A stretch of 64,000 nt of DNA from Thermoanaerobaculia bacterium (GTDB lineage: Bacteria > Acidobacteriota > Thermoanaerobaculia > Gp7-AA8): positions 264,187-328,186 of the forward strand of contig DASQJY010000028.1 of NCBI GenBank assembly GCA_035630815.1. Reading direction: 5' to 3'. Both the position numbers and the translations under genes were made by a program. Positions 35,700 to 44,408 of this stretch are shown here, piece by piece. The notes beneath the pieces are model-generated. The model ran no database searches, was not told the origin of the DNA, and worked only from the letters and a program-made list of their open reading frames with translations. Numbering within the stretch: position 1 is the stretch's first letter; each line of letters begins with the position of its first letter.

Positions 35700-36477
35700 T
35701 GGGTTCTCCGTTGATGGTGATGTAGCGGACGGCGGCGGCGGTGGACTCGAAGCGGAGCGGACGCGGGGTGAGCTTGTCGAGGATGCCGAGCGCGCCGATA
35801 CCATTGACGATCACGACCTGCCCATTTGACCGGAGCGCCGGCGTCGAGGCTGCGGTCGCGTTGTGATAGCCATCCGTAATGACGACGATCGCCGTCTGCG
35901 CCGGACCGCGGAAGGGCGAGGGCTCGGCCATCATGAGATCCCCGCGCGCGATCGCGCCGAGAATGTCGGTGCGCGGCGCGATTGGCGGCGCGGCGAGGAG
36001 CGGCGTGATCGCGGCGATGAACGCGTTGATGCGCGCGTTCGCGTCCGCCTCCCACGCGCGACGTTTCGCCTCGTACTTCTTGCGCTCCGCCTCCTCGCGC
36101 TTGCGCAAGTTCGCGTTGGCGAAGACGTTGCCAGTCGCCTCAGCTGGGAACGTCGGCGGCTCGGGCGGCTCAGGCACGTAGCAGCGGATGAGCGGCATGT
36201 CCGAGTCATCCGTGATGCGCCCGAAGCCGATCTCCCCACCGCTGACGCGCAGGCGGTCGAAGAGCGGCGTGAGGTCGTCGATCGACGCGCTGATGCGCGC
36301 CGCGTCGCGCGAGGCCGTGCCGTCGAGGAGCGCCGCCGCGCGGAGCGGCGCTGGCACCGCGATCGTCTGGACGACCGCGACGGCCTTCGGCGGCGGCCCC
36401 GCATGCTGCTGCGGCGACACCGACCCGATAGTGATGGCCGCGGCGAGCGCCGCGGCCGTGATTGCGATGAGTTTCAT
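35689..36477 (-). CDS. secreted von Willebrand factor A (VWA)-like protein
   Basis: Signal-like MKLIAITAAALAAAITIGS. MIDAS-like LLDGTASRD, TDILGAI, VVITDGYHN. A Lys/Glu-rich insert splits the domain. Confidence 0.6.
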   Translation of the reverse strand: MKLIAITAAALAAAITIGSVSPQQHAGPPPKAVAVVQTIAVPAPLRAAALLDGTASRDAARISASIDDLTPLFDRLRVSGGEIGFGRITDDSDMPLIRCYVPEPPEPPTFPAEATGNVFANANLRKREEAERKKYEAKRRAWEADANARINAFIAAITPLLAAPPIAPRTDILGAIARGDLMMAEPSPFRGPAQTAIVVITDGYHNATAASTPALRSNGQVVIVNGIGALGILDKLTPRPLRFESTAAAVRYITINGEPNAR

Positions 36478-36491
36478 TGAGCCTCCTTTGG

Positions 36492-37769
36492 TTATCGCTG
36501 GCCGCTACGCGCGTCAGCGAGTAATGGAGGAATCGTGAAGGTGGGATTCGTGTTGGCCGCTGAAGCCGTCGAAATGACCGGCAGAAGCGGATCAGAATCG
36601 AGCGCGCGGGTGATCTCGCGCATGGCTTCTGTCGACGGCCGCGCGTAGCGCTCGGCCATGCGCGTGGTCGTGTGTCCGAGAGCTTTCGCGATCTTCTGGA
36701 GGCTGATGTTCTGGTCGGCCAGGCGGCAGCCGAAGGTGTGCCGGAGATCGTGCGGCCGGAAGCGGCGCGTGATCCCGGCAAGCTCCTTCGCGAGACGGAA
36801 CGCGCGGCGCAGGCGCTCGGGCGTGTGCTGGCGTCCCTCCTCATCGACGAAGACGTAGACGCTCGCCACGGCGGGGCGCGTGCGGCAGATGCGAAGCGCC
36901 TCTCGGCAGGCGGACGAGATCGGGATCTCCGCCTCGTTCTGCGTCTTCTGCATGAGCACGCGAATGAATCCGGCGGACAAGTCGATCGATGACCATCGCA
37001 GGTTGCGGAGGTCCGACCACATGCGAAGGCCGGTCTCGGTGGCGACGATGAAGAACTCACGCAGCTCGCGGAAGCGCTCGAAGTACGCGAGCGCCGCGTC
37101 GCTGTCGCCGCGCATCCCGCCGCCGAAGCGGCGAGAGTGTGTGAAGTGTTGACTCGACTTAACGGGTCCGAGTTGACGGTTCACATCGAGGTAGCGGAGG
37201 AACGCCGCCTCGTCGGTGAAGGCGGCGAAGAACCGCGCGCGCTCGTCCGGCTTCAGCTCCAGCCGCAGCGGCACCTCCTTTTCGCGCGGGATGCGCTTTC
37301 GGATCGGATAGTCGGCGATGACATCCCGCTCGACCGCCTGCCGCAGCAGCATTTTCAGGACGCGTACAGCGTCGTTGATGTAATGCGCCGAGCAGTTGCG
37401 CGAGCGCATGTCGGCCATGAAGTCGATCACACGAATCGAGGTGATCGTCGTCAGCTCGTCATCGCCGAAGTAGCGCAGGAGGTGATTCTTGATGATCACC
37501 TCCTGCGACTGCTTCGTCGCGGGCGCGTGACTGGCGCAGATGAGATGGAGGTATCGCGCGACAAACTGCCGGAGCGTGAGCGGCCCTTCGACCGCACGGC
37601 CGCTTTCGAGATCGTCGCGAAACACCTTCCACGCTGCGAGCGCCTGCGCGCGCGTCACGTTCTCGACGGTCTTCCGGCGGCGAACCTTGCCGCCCGTTCC
37701 TGCCACGTAGCCGTCGAAGATGGCGCGCTTGCGCCGGCCGTCGTAGGTGAAGCCGGGGAGTTGCTTCAT
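36492..37769 (-). CDS. int: tyrosine integrase (phage-integrase family, full length)
   Basis: GLRMWSDLRNLRW (Arg), HDLRHTFGCRLADQ (HxxR), ALGHTTTRMAERYAR (His...Tyr). N-terminal SAM-like arm/core-binding region. Lies adjacent to the tRNA. Confidence 0.93.
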   Translation of the reverse strand: MKQLPGFTYDGRRKRAIFDGYVAGTGGKVRRRKTVENVTRAQALAAWKVFRDDLESGRAVEGPLTLRQFVARYLHLICASHAPATKQSQEVIIKNHLLRYFGDDELTTITSIRVIDFMADMRSRNCSAHYINDAVRVLKMLLRQAVERDVIADYPIRKRIPREKEVPLRLELKPDERARFFAAFTDEAAFLRYLDVNRQLGPVKSSQHFTHSRRFGGGMRGDSDAALAYFERFRELREFFIVATETGLRMWSDLRNLRWSSIDLSAGFIRVLMQKTQNEAEIPISSACREALRICRTRPAVASVYVFVDEEGRQHTPERLRRAFRLAKELAGITRRFRPHDLRHTFGCRLADQNISLQKIAKALGHTTTRMAERYARPSTEAMREITRALDSDPLLPVISTASAANTNPTFTIPPLLADARSGQR

Positions 37770-37785
37770 GGCCGCACCCCCGCGG

Positions 37786-37980
37786 TCACACGCGCGTCGG
37801 CGTCTTCGCGGCGCGCTCGGCGAGGAACTGCTCGACTTCGCTGAGGGGATACGTCACGTGCGTCGGCGAGACCTGAATCCAGCCTTTCGGACCTTTGCCC
37901 ATGCAGCGCCACTTCGCGAGCGTGGCCGTTTTGATCCCGATGAGACGTGCGACATGAGGGGCGGAAATGCGATCTTCCAT
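37786..37980 (-). CDS. AlpA/excisionase-type HTH protein
   Basis: 64 aa. ISAPHVARLIGIKTATLAKWRCMGKGP...YPLSEVEQFL is typical of HTH_17/AlpA. Immediately upstream of int. Confidence 0.7.
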   Translation of the reverse strand: MEDRISAPHVARLIGIKTATLAKWRCMGKGPKGWIQVSPTHVTYPLSEVEQFLAERAAKTPTRV

Positions 37981-38145
37981 GTTGGATCTCCTTTGCGGGA
38001 ACCACGGTGCAGGACGAACCGCGGGCGTCGGCTGAATGTGTCGAAACGACGCGGAGATCGGCGGGAAGTAGACACCCGATAGACACCACCATAGACACTC
38101 CTGGGTTTTGGAGTCGCCTGATCGCGTCTAAGTGCCTGATTCTAT

Positions 38146-38221
38146 TGGAGCGGGCGACGGGATTCGAACCCGCGACCAAGAGCTTGGGAAGCTCCTACTC
38201 TACCAACTGAGCTACGCCCGC
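38146..38221 (-). tRNA. tRNA-Gly (anticodon CCC), 76 nt with encoded CCA
   Basis: Minus-strand sequence GCGGGCG-TA-GCTC-AGTTGGTA-GAGT-A-GGAGC-TTCCCAA-GCTCT-TGGTC-GCGGG-TTCGAAT-CCCGT-CGCCCGC-T-CCA folds as a canonical cloverleaf. Anticodon loop TT-CCC-AA. Confidence 0.95.
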
Positions 38222-38733
38222 TTGCGGAAGGAAAGTCTCGTGTTTACCGAAGGATACGAGCGCCCGAAGGTTTCCCTCACGGCGCGGGGCACAGTTTATC
38301 ACGCAGCCTGCGTCCACGGGTGGAATGGGTGTCGCGTGCGGCAGGCCGCTGGGGCGAGCACGGCTGGCGTTGGCAGCCGCTTTCCACGGGCAGCGTGACC
38401 GCGCGGACAGCCCTATCGCCGCAGCCTCACCTTCTTCTCGACGGCACCGACCAGCATGTGGATGCGGTGGCCGTGCTGTTCGGCCAGCGCATCGTCGTAC
38501 TCGATGTGGACGACACCGGGAAAGGCGGCCGCGCGAATTGACCATCGCCATTCTCTGGCGATGCGGTGTGGGAGCGCGCGGGATCGAAGATTCGAAAGGG
38601 ATGGTCTACGTCGCTCCGGCCGGCATTCGAACGGCGAGTGCGTTGCGGAAGTGGGTCGAGCGCGGCATCCGCTTTTCCGAAACGCCCAGGAAAGCTACGT
38701 TTGCGGCACTCCTATCAGTATGGGAGGTCTCTC

Positions 38734-40326
38734 TTGAACGACCCGATCCTCTACTGGAATGCCGTAGCACTCGAAGCGAACCGCGTCAGTCACACCAATG
38801 GAAAGTCCGAGCAAACCGGCCCGACGCTCAGCTCGCGTGCGCTGGCAATCGTCCATCTGGCGATGCACGACGCGTTCATGGGGACTGAAGGAGGAACGCA
38901 GTATCTGCCCGACCTTCCGCCCGGCCCGTCCGGAGCGAGCGAAGCGGCCGTAGCCGGAGCGGCGCATGCCGCACTGTCAGCTCTCTTCCCGAGCCAGAGG
39001 GAGTTCTTCGCCGTTCGTCTCGCGGAAGCCGGCGGAGCGATCAACCCCGGCCACGACTACGGCGTCTGCGTCGCGCGGCGCATCCTGGCCGACCGCGCCT
39101 GCGATCCGGGCGCCGGTGACGCCGGATACGTTCCATCGAACGCGCGCTACCGTCACCGCGTCGATCCCGACAACCCTCAGCAGGGATTTGACGCGCCATT
39201 CTACGGCGCCCGATCGAAGGGGTTTGCCATCACGAACCGGTGGGAGCTCTGTTCGCCCGCCACGCTGTCGGAGGCCGAATACATTGCGGCCGTGCGCCAG
39301 GTTCGCGCGAAAGGCATCGCCCCGGAGCTTTCCGGGACGCTTCCGCTCGGCTTTGACGGGCGGACACCTGATGAAACTCTGGCCGGCATCTACTGGGGCT
39401 ACGACGGCGCCCTCGGACTCGGTACGCCGCCACGTCTCTACAACCAGATCATTCGTCTCGTCTCCATAAAGAAGAACAGCACCCCGATGGAGAATGCGCT
39501 GCTCTTCGCGCTGGTCAACGTCGCCATGGCGGACGCCGGCATTCTGGCGTGGGACCAGAAGTACATCCACGAGTTCTGGCGCCCCGTCCTCGGCGTGCGC
39601 GAGCACGATCCGTCGATGGGCCTCGCCGACGCCGCGCAGGACGGAATCTCCATGGTCACGGATCCGGGATGGCTGCCGCTCGGCGCGGCCGCCACGAACT
39701 CGATGAATCAGGCGTTCGCACAGCCGGTTGCGCAGAGCTTCCCTTACAACCAGGCCATCGTCGGACGCTTCAAGAACTTCACGCCGCCCTTCCCCGCCTA
39801 TCCGTCAGGCCACGCCACGTTCGGCGCGGCCGCGTTCCAGATCACGCGCCTCTTCTACAACGTGCCACGCGATCAGCAGTTCGACGATCTGTTCGACGGC
39901 CTCGCGTTCGTGTCCGACGAATTCAACGGCGTCAATCAGGACAACCGCGGGACCGTTCGGCCGCGTCACCTCCGCAGCTTCGCTCGCGGCCTCTGGGACA
40001 TGATCATCGAGAACGGCCGGAGCCGAGTCTGGCTGGGCGTGCACTGGGTTTTCGATGCGTTCGCGGTCGATGAAAACGACGACCCCGACCTGACGCGCAA
40101 CGTCGGCGGAGTCCCCCTCGGACTGTGCATCGCCGAGGATATCTTCGACCACGGCATGGTCCCGTCGCCGGTTGGCCCGCGCGACACGCCGGCGTGCTGC
40201 TGCGGGCCGGTGAAAGAGCACGAGAAAAAGGGAAAGAAGCACAAGGGCGAAGACCGCCCATGCCCTCCATCAGTACAGCCGGCCGGGGAGAAATGCGACG
40301 TCCCCTCATGCCGATCGCGTGTGTAG
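38734..40326 (+). CDS. vanadium-dependent haloperoxidase / PAP2-superfamily protein (ORF is open from 38566; TTG at 38734 preferred)
   Basis: YWNAVALEANR...ALAIVHLAMHDA, FPAYPSGHATFGAAAF, SRVWLGVHWVFDA (PAP2/haloperoxidase motifs). GGGAGG lies 8 nt upstream of the TTG at 38734. Confidence 0.85.
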   Translation: MNDPILYWNAVALEANRVSHTNGKSEQTGPTLSSRALAIVHLAMHDAFMGTEGGTQYLPDLPPGPSGASEAAVAGAAHAALSALFPSQREFFAVRLAEAGGAINPGHDYGVCVARRILADRACDPGAGDAGYVPSNARYRHRVDPDNPQQGFDAPFYGARSKGFAITNRWELCSPATLSEAEYIAAVRQVRAKGIAPELSGTLPLGFDGRTPDETLAGIYWGYDGALGLGTPPRLYNQIIRLVSIKKNSTPMENALLFALVNVAMADAGILAWDQKYIHEFWRPVLGVREHDPSMGLADAAQDGISMVTDPGWLPLGAAATNSMNQAFAQPVAQSFPYNQAIVGRFKNFTPPFPAYPSGHATFGAAAFQITRLFYNVPRDQQFDDLFDGLAFVSDEFNGVNQDNRGTVRPRHLRSFARGLWDMIIENGRSRVWLGVHWVFDAFAVDENDDPDLTRNVGGVPLGLCIAEDIFDHGMVPSPVGPRDTPACCCGPVKEHEKKGKKHKGEDRPCPPSVQPAGEKCDVPSCRSRV

Positions 40327-40338
40327 CCAGCGGGAGAG

Positions 40339-40369
40339 CCGTCCGGTCCGCCGCCGTCGGACCGGGCGG
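40339..40369. terminator. GC-rich hairpin between convergent genes (possible bidirectional terminator)
   Basis: ccgtccggtccg ... tcggaccgggcgg, near-perfect inverted repeat between the stops at 40326 and 40370. Confidence 0.45.
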
Positions 40370-41113
40370 TTACGAGGACCCTCTGGCCAGCGCGCGGTCC
40401 AGCGCTCGGCTGATGACGGGAATCCACGTGGCGTAGCCGCGGTCGTTGGGGTGAAACTCGTCGCTGCTGAACAGGGTTTTGTCGGTTTCGAACAGGGGCC
40501 CGGTTTGCTCCGCGATGGGCGCGAACGTGAGGCCGTAGCGCTCGGCCTGCTCGCGAAACACGCGATTGAGCGCGTTCGTGCGCCAGCCGGCCAGCCTGCG
40601 GAGCAGCCACGGAATCCGCGGCGGAGTGCTCATGTCGGGTGCACCGGTCATGACGATCCGGACGTCGCGATTGATCGAGACGAGCGCCTCGACGATCTGC
40701 CGCAGGTCGCGTTTCACGGAACCGGCGGTCGTGAGATGGGTGACGTCATTCGCGCCCGCGGCGAGCAGAACGACGTCGGGCACGAAGCCGTCGATGCGGG
40801 GCAGTTGTTCGCGCAGTACGTCGGTCACCTGCGCGCCGGACACGCCGAGGTTCTTCACGATCACTTGGCGGCCGGCGGCCAGATGGCGCGCCGTCATCAC
40901 GGCGATGCCGTTCGCGTATGCACCGCCTTCACCGACCGCAGTGCTGTCGCCGAGCACGAGGTAGTGGAGCGTCTCGCCGGAGCCGAATGTCTCGATCTCC
41001 GGAGATGCGCGGCGGGACTGTTCAGGGCTGCGCGTCGTGCCGCACGAGACGAGCAACAGCAGTGTGATGGCAAGTGAGAACCTCATCTTCTCCGACCTGA
41101 ACGATGTCGTCAC
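40370..41113 (-). CDS. SGNH/GDSL hydrolase lipoprotein
   Basis: Lipobox LLLLVSCG. YLVLGDSTAVGEG (block I), LLAAGANDV (block III), SSDEFHPNDRGY (block V). Confidence 0.85.
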   Translation of the reverse strand: MTTSFRSEKMRFSLAITLLLLVSCGTTRSPEQSRRASPEIETFGSGETLHYLVLGDSTAVGEGGAYANGIAVMTARHLAAGRQVIVKNLGVSGAQVTDVLREQLPRIDGFVPDVVLLAAGANDVTHLTTAGSVKRDLRQIVEALVSINRDVRIVMTGAPDMSTPPRIPWLLRRLAGWRTNALNRVFREQAERYGLTFAPIAEQTGPLFETDKTLFSSDEFHPNDRGYATWIPVISRALDRALARGSS

Positions 41114-41151
41114 GCCGATGCGGAACGCCGCTTACGCCGGTGCTCGCCGCG

Positions 41152-41286
41152 TCAGCGGCAGTCGGGATGGCCGCAGGCGCAGCGGCCGTTCTCGCTCTTT
41201 CCTTCACGGCACGAGGAGGAGCAGTACCCGTCCGACTGCACTTCGTTTCCCTGGCAATGACACTCGTCGTGAGCGCACTTGGTCAT
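41152..41286 (-). CDS. bacterial metallothionein-like Cys/His-rich mini-protein (44 aa from the internal ATG)
   Basis: MTKCAHDECHCQGNEVQSDGYCSSSCREGKSENGRCACGHPDCR has 9 Cys and 3 His. The spacing is reminiscent of SmtA/BmtA (KCxxxxCxC...YCSxxC...CxCGHxxC). Confidence 0.5.
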   Translation of the reverse strand: MTKCAHDECHCQGNEVQSDGYCSSSCREGKSENGRCACGHPDCR

Positions 41287-41756
41287 GGCGATCCCTCCGC
41301 CGCGTGAGGCTGCACGGCGGGTGCCCATCGTTTGCCCGGAACGCAAATCGCGACGTCAGGAAACGACGAGGTGCGGGATCGCGCGAACAACCTGCAGGCA
41401 AATGGCTTCCCGGGAGGGTGGACGGCCACGAGCGAGCACGCGTGGGTCCTGCTCCCGCCGAAGGGGCGAAAGCTGGTGAACTTCACGATCACGCCGAAGC
41501 CGTTGAACTTCCGCCAGCCATGGGGTCCGTACCGCCTGTACCTGATGTCGGGACTGGGCTGGTACCAGTGGAACGGCTCGGCGCAGGCCGGCCTGCAGGC
41601 GGGCGGCGGCGTGGAGTTTCCGCTGACCGGCAGCATCTACCTGATGTCCGGCGCCACGGTACACGCCGTCAATGGCGGCGTGCCGGCGGACCCGGTGTGG
41701 GTGGATGAAATCGATTGCGTCATCGTCGCAGTGATTCGCTCGAGCGACCCGATTGA

Positions 41757-41876
41757 CCGCGCCATCCTCGCGATGACTCGGGTCGGTGACCCACCTGGTT
41801 GCGCCATCGTCGCGATGACTCGGGTCGGTGACCCACCTGGTTGCACCATCATCGCGATGATTCGGGTCGGTGACGC
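41757..41876 (+). repeat. 42-bp tandem direct repeat, ~2.6-2.9 copies
   Basis: Units at 41770-41811 and 41812-41853 differ at 2 positions (gcgatgactcgggtcggtgacccacctggttgc[g/a]ccatc[g/a]tc). A partial third unit runs 41854-41876, and the unit tail is also present at 41757-41769. Confidence 0.9.
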
Positions 41877-41948
41877 TATTCATCGCGACGTTGAGGCAGC
41901 GAATCGCGACGGCGGCGAGGTGAACGGCGTCCCCCGATCCGCCATCCG

Positions 41949-42221
41949 TTACTTCGGCAGGATCGACGGCAGGTCCGTCTTGTCGAACACGCCGACCAGA
42001 TCCATGACCTTGCAGTCGAGGGCGACGGCCAGGCGGAGGATGGTGGTGAGGCTCGGCACCTTCAGGCCGTGCTCCATGTTCGAAGCGATTGCGGAGTCGA
42101 TGACGACCTGATGCTGCGGAATCCTGCAACGGGCGAGGCTTTCGCGGCTCGAGTCGACGAACTTGCACCTCCATCGGCGGTTGTGCAGACACGCGCGAAG
42201 ATCTTCGGTACCCGCTTGTTC
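41949..42221 (-). pseudogene. XRE-family HTH remnant lacking a canonical start codon
   Basis: Manual minus-strand translation: ...SRESLARCRIPQHQVVIDSAIASNMEHGLKVPSLTTILRLAVALDCKVMDLVGVFDKTDLPSILPK*. An in-frame TGA lies at 42222-42224. No ATG/GTG/TTG lies upstream of the HTH, so it is absent from the ORF track. Confidence 0.35.
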
Positions 42222-42473
42222 TCAGAGGCGCTGCTCGAGCTGAAAGATCGTGCGGAGGCAGCGATGAAGGTGAAGGGATATTGACGACCAGCGACGCTCT
42301 CCGCTTCTCTGTCGCCCGCTTCGCGGGCTGGAAATGGGGCGTACCGTGGTCCCGGTCTGAAGACCGGGGCTACGGATCTCTTGCTGCCTTCGGCAGCAAC
42401 CACTGGCGCGGTGACTGGCGTCACCGCATTCCGGATGTCGCGGCGCTAGAATCGCCGTTCCTGGTCAACGGAG

Positions 42474-43994
42474 GTGTCGATGCGGACCCTGGTCGCGGTG
42501 CTGCTTGTTTTCGTTCCCCTTTCCCTTGGCGCGGACGATCCGCATACTGATCATCAGCATGGGGCGCCGGATCTCGGCAAGATCGGGAGGGCGCACATCG
42601 GGACGTCGTGCAACGACGCTGCGCAGAAGGAGATCGATCGCGGGGTCGCGTTGATCCATTCGTTCTGGTACGGCGAGGCGGAGAAGGCGTTTCGGAGCGC
42701 GGCCGCGGCGGACGAGACGTGCGGGATGGCGTGGTGGGGCGTGGCCATGGCGAACCTGCATCCAATTTGGGCGCCGCCGACGCCGGATGAATTGAAGATC
42801 GGGAGCGAGGCGGCCGGGAAGGCGAAGGCGGTTGGGGCGAAGACGGATCGGGAGAAGGCGTTCATCGACGCCATCCACACCTTCTACTCCGGCGCGGACA
42901 AGCTGGATCACCGCACGCGCATGGTGGCTTACGAGAAGGCGATGGCGGAGTTGGAGAGCGCGTATCCGAAGGACCGCGAGGCGGCGGTCTTTCACGCGCT
43001 GTCGCTGCTCGGGATCGTCGATGCGAAGGACAAGACGTACGCGTACCAGAAGCGTGCCGCGGAGATCCTGAATCGCGTGCTGCCCGAGGAGCCGGAACAT
43101 CCCGGCGTCACGCATTACCTGATCCACAGCTTCGATTATCCGGAGTTGGCGGAGCTGGCGCTGCCGGCGGCGCGCGTGTACGCGAAGCTGGCGCCGGGCT
43201 CACCGCACGCGCTGCACATGCCGTCGCACATCTTCACGCGCCTCGGCCTGTGGGAGGAGTCGATCGCCTCGAACCTCGCCTCGCGGGACAAGGCGGCGAA
43301 TTACGTCGCGAAGGTGATGCCGGGCGCCGCGGCGTTCGACGAGCTGCACGCGATCGATTACCTCGTCTACGGGTACCTGCAGCTCGGAAAGCTCGACGAG
43401 GCGAAGAAGCTGGTCGACCGCGTGGCGGCGGTCAGGAAGATCGACAACCCGACCAGCTTCGCCGCGGCCTATGCCATCGGCGCGGTGCCGGGACGGTACG
43501 CGCTGGAGCGGCGGCAGTGGAAGGAAGCGGCGGCGCTGACGGTGCCGTCGGTCTTCGACTGGAGCAAGGTGCCGTACGCCGAGGCGAACATCCATTACGC
43601 GCGCGCCATCGGCGCGGCCCGCTCGGGAGACCTCGCCGTCGCGCGCGATGCCGTGGCACGTCTGGAAGCGATCCGCAAAATGCTGGACGGCTACTGGCAG
43701 GGTCAGGTCGAGATGCAGCGCCTCGCGGCGTCGGCGTGGCTGGCGCACGCGGAGAAGAACGATGACGAGGCGCTGAAGCTCGCCCGCGCGGCCGCGGAGG
43801 TGGAGGCGTCGACGGAGAAGCATCCCGTCACGCCGGGCGCGATCGTGCCGGCACGCGAGCTCCTTGCGGAGCTGCTGTTGGAGGTCGGGAAGCGCGAAGA
43901 GGCGCTGACCGAGGTGCGCCGCGTGCTGAAGGATGCGCCGGGGCGGAAGAACGCGATACTGCTGGCGGCGCGGGCGGAGAGCGGTACGCGATAA
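42474..43994 (+). CDS. secreted TPR-like helical-repeat protein
   Basis: Signal-like MSMRTLVAVLLVFVPLSLGA. Repeated helical pairs throughout (e.g. WYGEAEKAFRSAAAAD, LGKLDEAKKLVDRV, GKREEALTEVRRVL). Confidence 0.75.
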   Translation: MSMRTLVAVLLVFVPLSLGADDPHTDHQHGAPDLGKIGRAHIGTSCNDAAQKEIDRGVALIHSFWYGEAEKAFRSAAAADETCGMAWWGVAMANLHPIWAPPTPDELKIGSEAAGKAKAVGAKTDREKAFIDAIHTFYSGADKLDHRTRMVAYEKAMAELESAYPKDREAAVFHALSLLGIVDAKDKTYAYQKRAAEILNRVLPEEPEHPGVTHYLIHSFDYPELAELALPAARVYAKLAPGSPHALHMPSHIFTRLGLWEESIASNLASRDKAANYVAKVMPGAAAFDELHAIDYLVYGYLQLGKLDEAKKLVDRVAAVRKIDNPTSFAAAYAIGAVPGRYALERRQWKEAAALTVPSVFDWSKVPYAEANIHYARAIGAARSGDLAVARDAVARLEAIRKMLDGYWQGQVEMQRLAASAWLAHAEKNDDEALKLARAAAEVEASTEKHPVTPGAIVPARELLAELLLEVGKREEALTEVRRVLKDAPGRKNAILLAARAESGTR

Positions 43995-43997
43995 GGG

Positions 43998-44408
43998 TCA
44001 GATCACAAACGGGTTCAGGATCTCGACGCCGGCATTCTCGAAATCAGTGCGGTTGCGGGTCACCACGACCAGTTCGTGGACGAGTGCCGTCGCGGCGATG
44101 AGGCTGTCCTTGATCGGCATCGCGCGGCCGGCCTTGCGAAGGGACGCGAGCAGTTCCGCCCATCGCAGCCCGGTCTCCGCGTCCCATGGCAGACAATGCA
44201 GCCGTTGGACACCGGCGTCAAACCAGCGTTCGAGGCGTGCCCGCCGGCTTCCTCGCGGCAGAAGAAGGATGCCGAAACGGACTTCGCCGAGGATGATGGG
44301 ATCGACGGCGATGTCGCGCTCGTTCTTCCTCAGCCAGTCGAGGACGCTGGAGTGCGGAGCCGGTTTCGTTGGCTCGCTCAGCACGTTCGCGTCGACGAGA
44401 TATCTCAC
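43998..44408 (-). CDS. vapC: PIN-domain toxin VapC
   Basis: A GTGA overlap with the antitoxin stop gives VRYLVDANVLSE... (first acidic residue). ...DSLIAATALVHELVVVTRNRTDF is the typical C-terminal PIN motif. Confidence 0.85.
   Translation of the reverse strand: MRYLVDANVLSEPTKPAPHSSVLDWLRKNERDIAVDPIILGEVRFGILLLPRGSRRARLERWFDAGVQRLHCLPWDAETGLRWAELLASLRKAGRAMPIKDSLIAATALVHELVVVTRNRTDFENAGVEILNPFVI

Larger units (their letters stand above)
12872..38145. mobile_element. composite integrated element(s) adjacent to the 3' end of tRNA-Gly(CCC); exact att boundaries not determined
   Basis: Housekeeping genes stop at 12703. The span carries three site-specific recombinases (12872-13597, 21891-23465, 36492-37769), an excisionase-like HTH, ParB-like, Replication-relaxation-like and HerA/T4CP-like ATPase genes, and AT-richer cargo. 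The integrase/xis pair sits directly beside the tRNA 3' end. Confidence 0.7.

Noticed and set aside
12872-38145. Prophage interpretation of the island
   Set aside because: No terminase, portal, capsid, tail or lysis genes are recognisable. The content fits an integrative or mobilisable element instead.
38222-38733. ORFs 38195-38551 (minus), 38325-38888 (plus) and the 5' extension of the haloperoxidase ORF
   Set aside because: Their composition is Arg/Ala/Gly-rich and they have no motifs. The haloperoxidase has a good GGGAGG-TTG start at 38734.
41757-41876. CRISPR array
   Set aside because: The 42-bp units are directly adjacent with no spacers. There are only ~3 copies and no cas genes in the window. 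This is a plain tandem repeat.
41332-42111. Intact 259-aa plus-strand gene
   Set aside because: It has no signal peptide or RBS. Only a ~90-aa stretch looks beta-barrel-like. The rest runs through the tandem repeat and antisense to an HTH-like frame. I treated it as a probable fragment.
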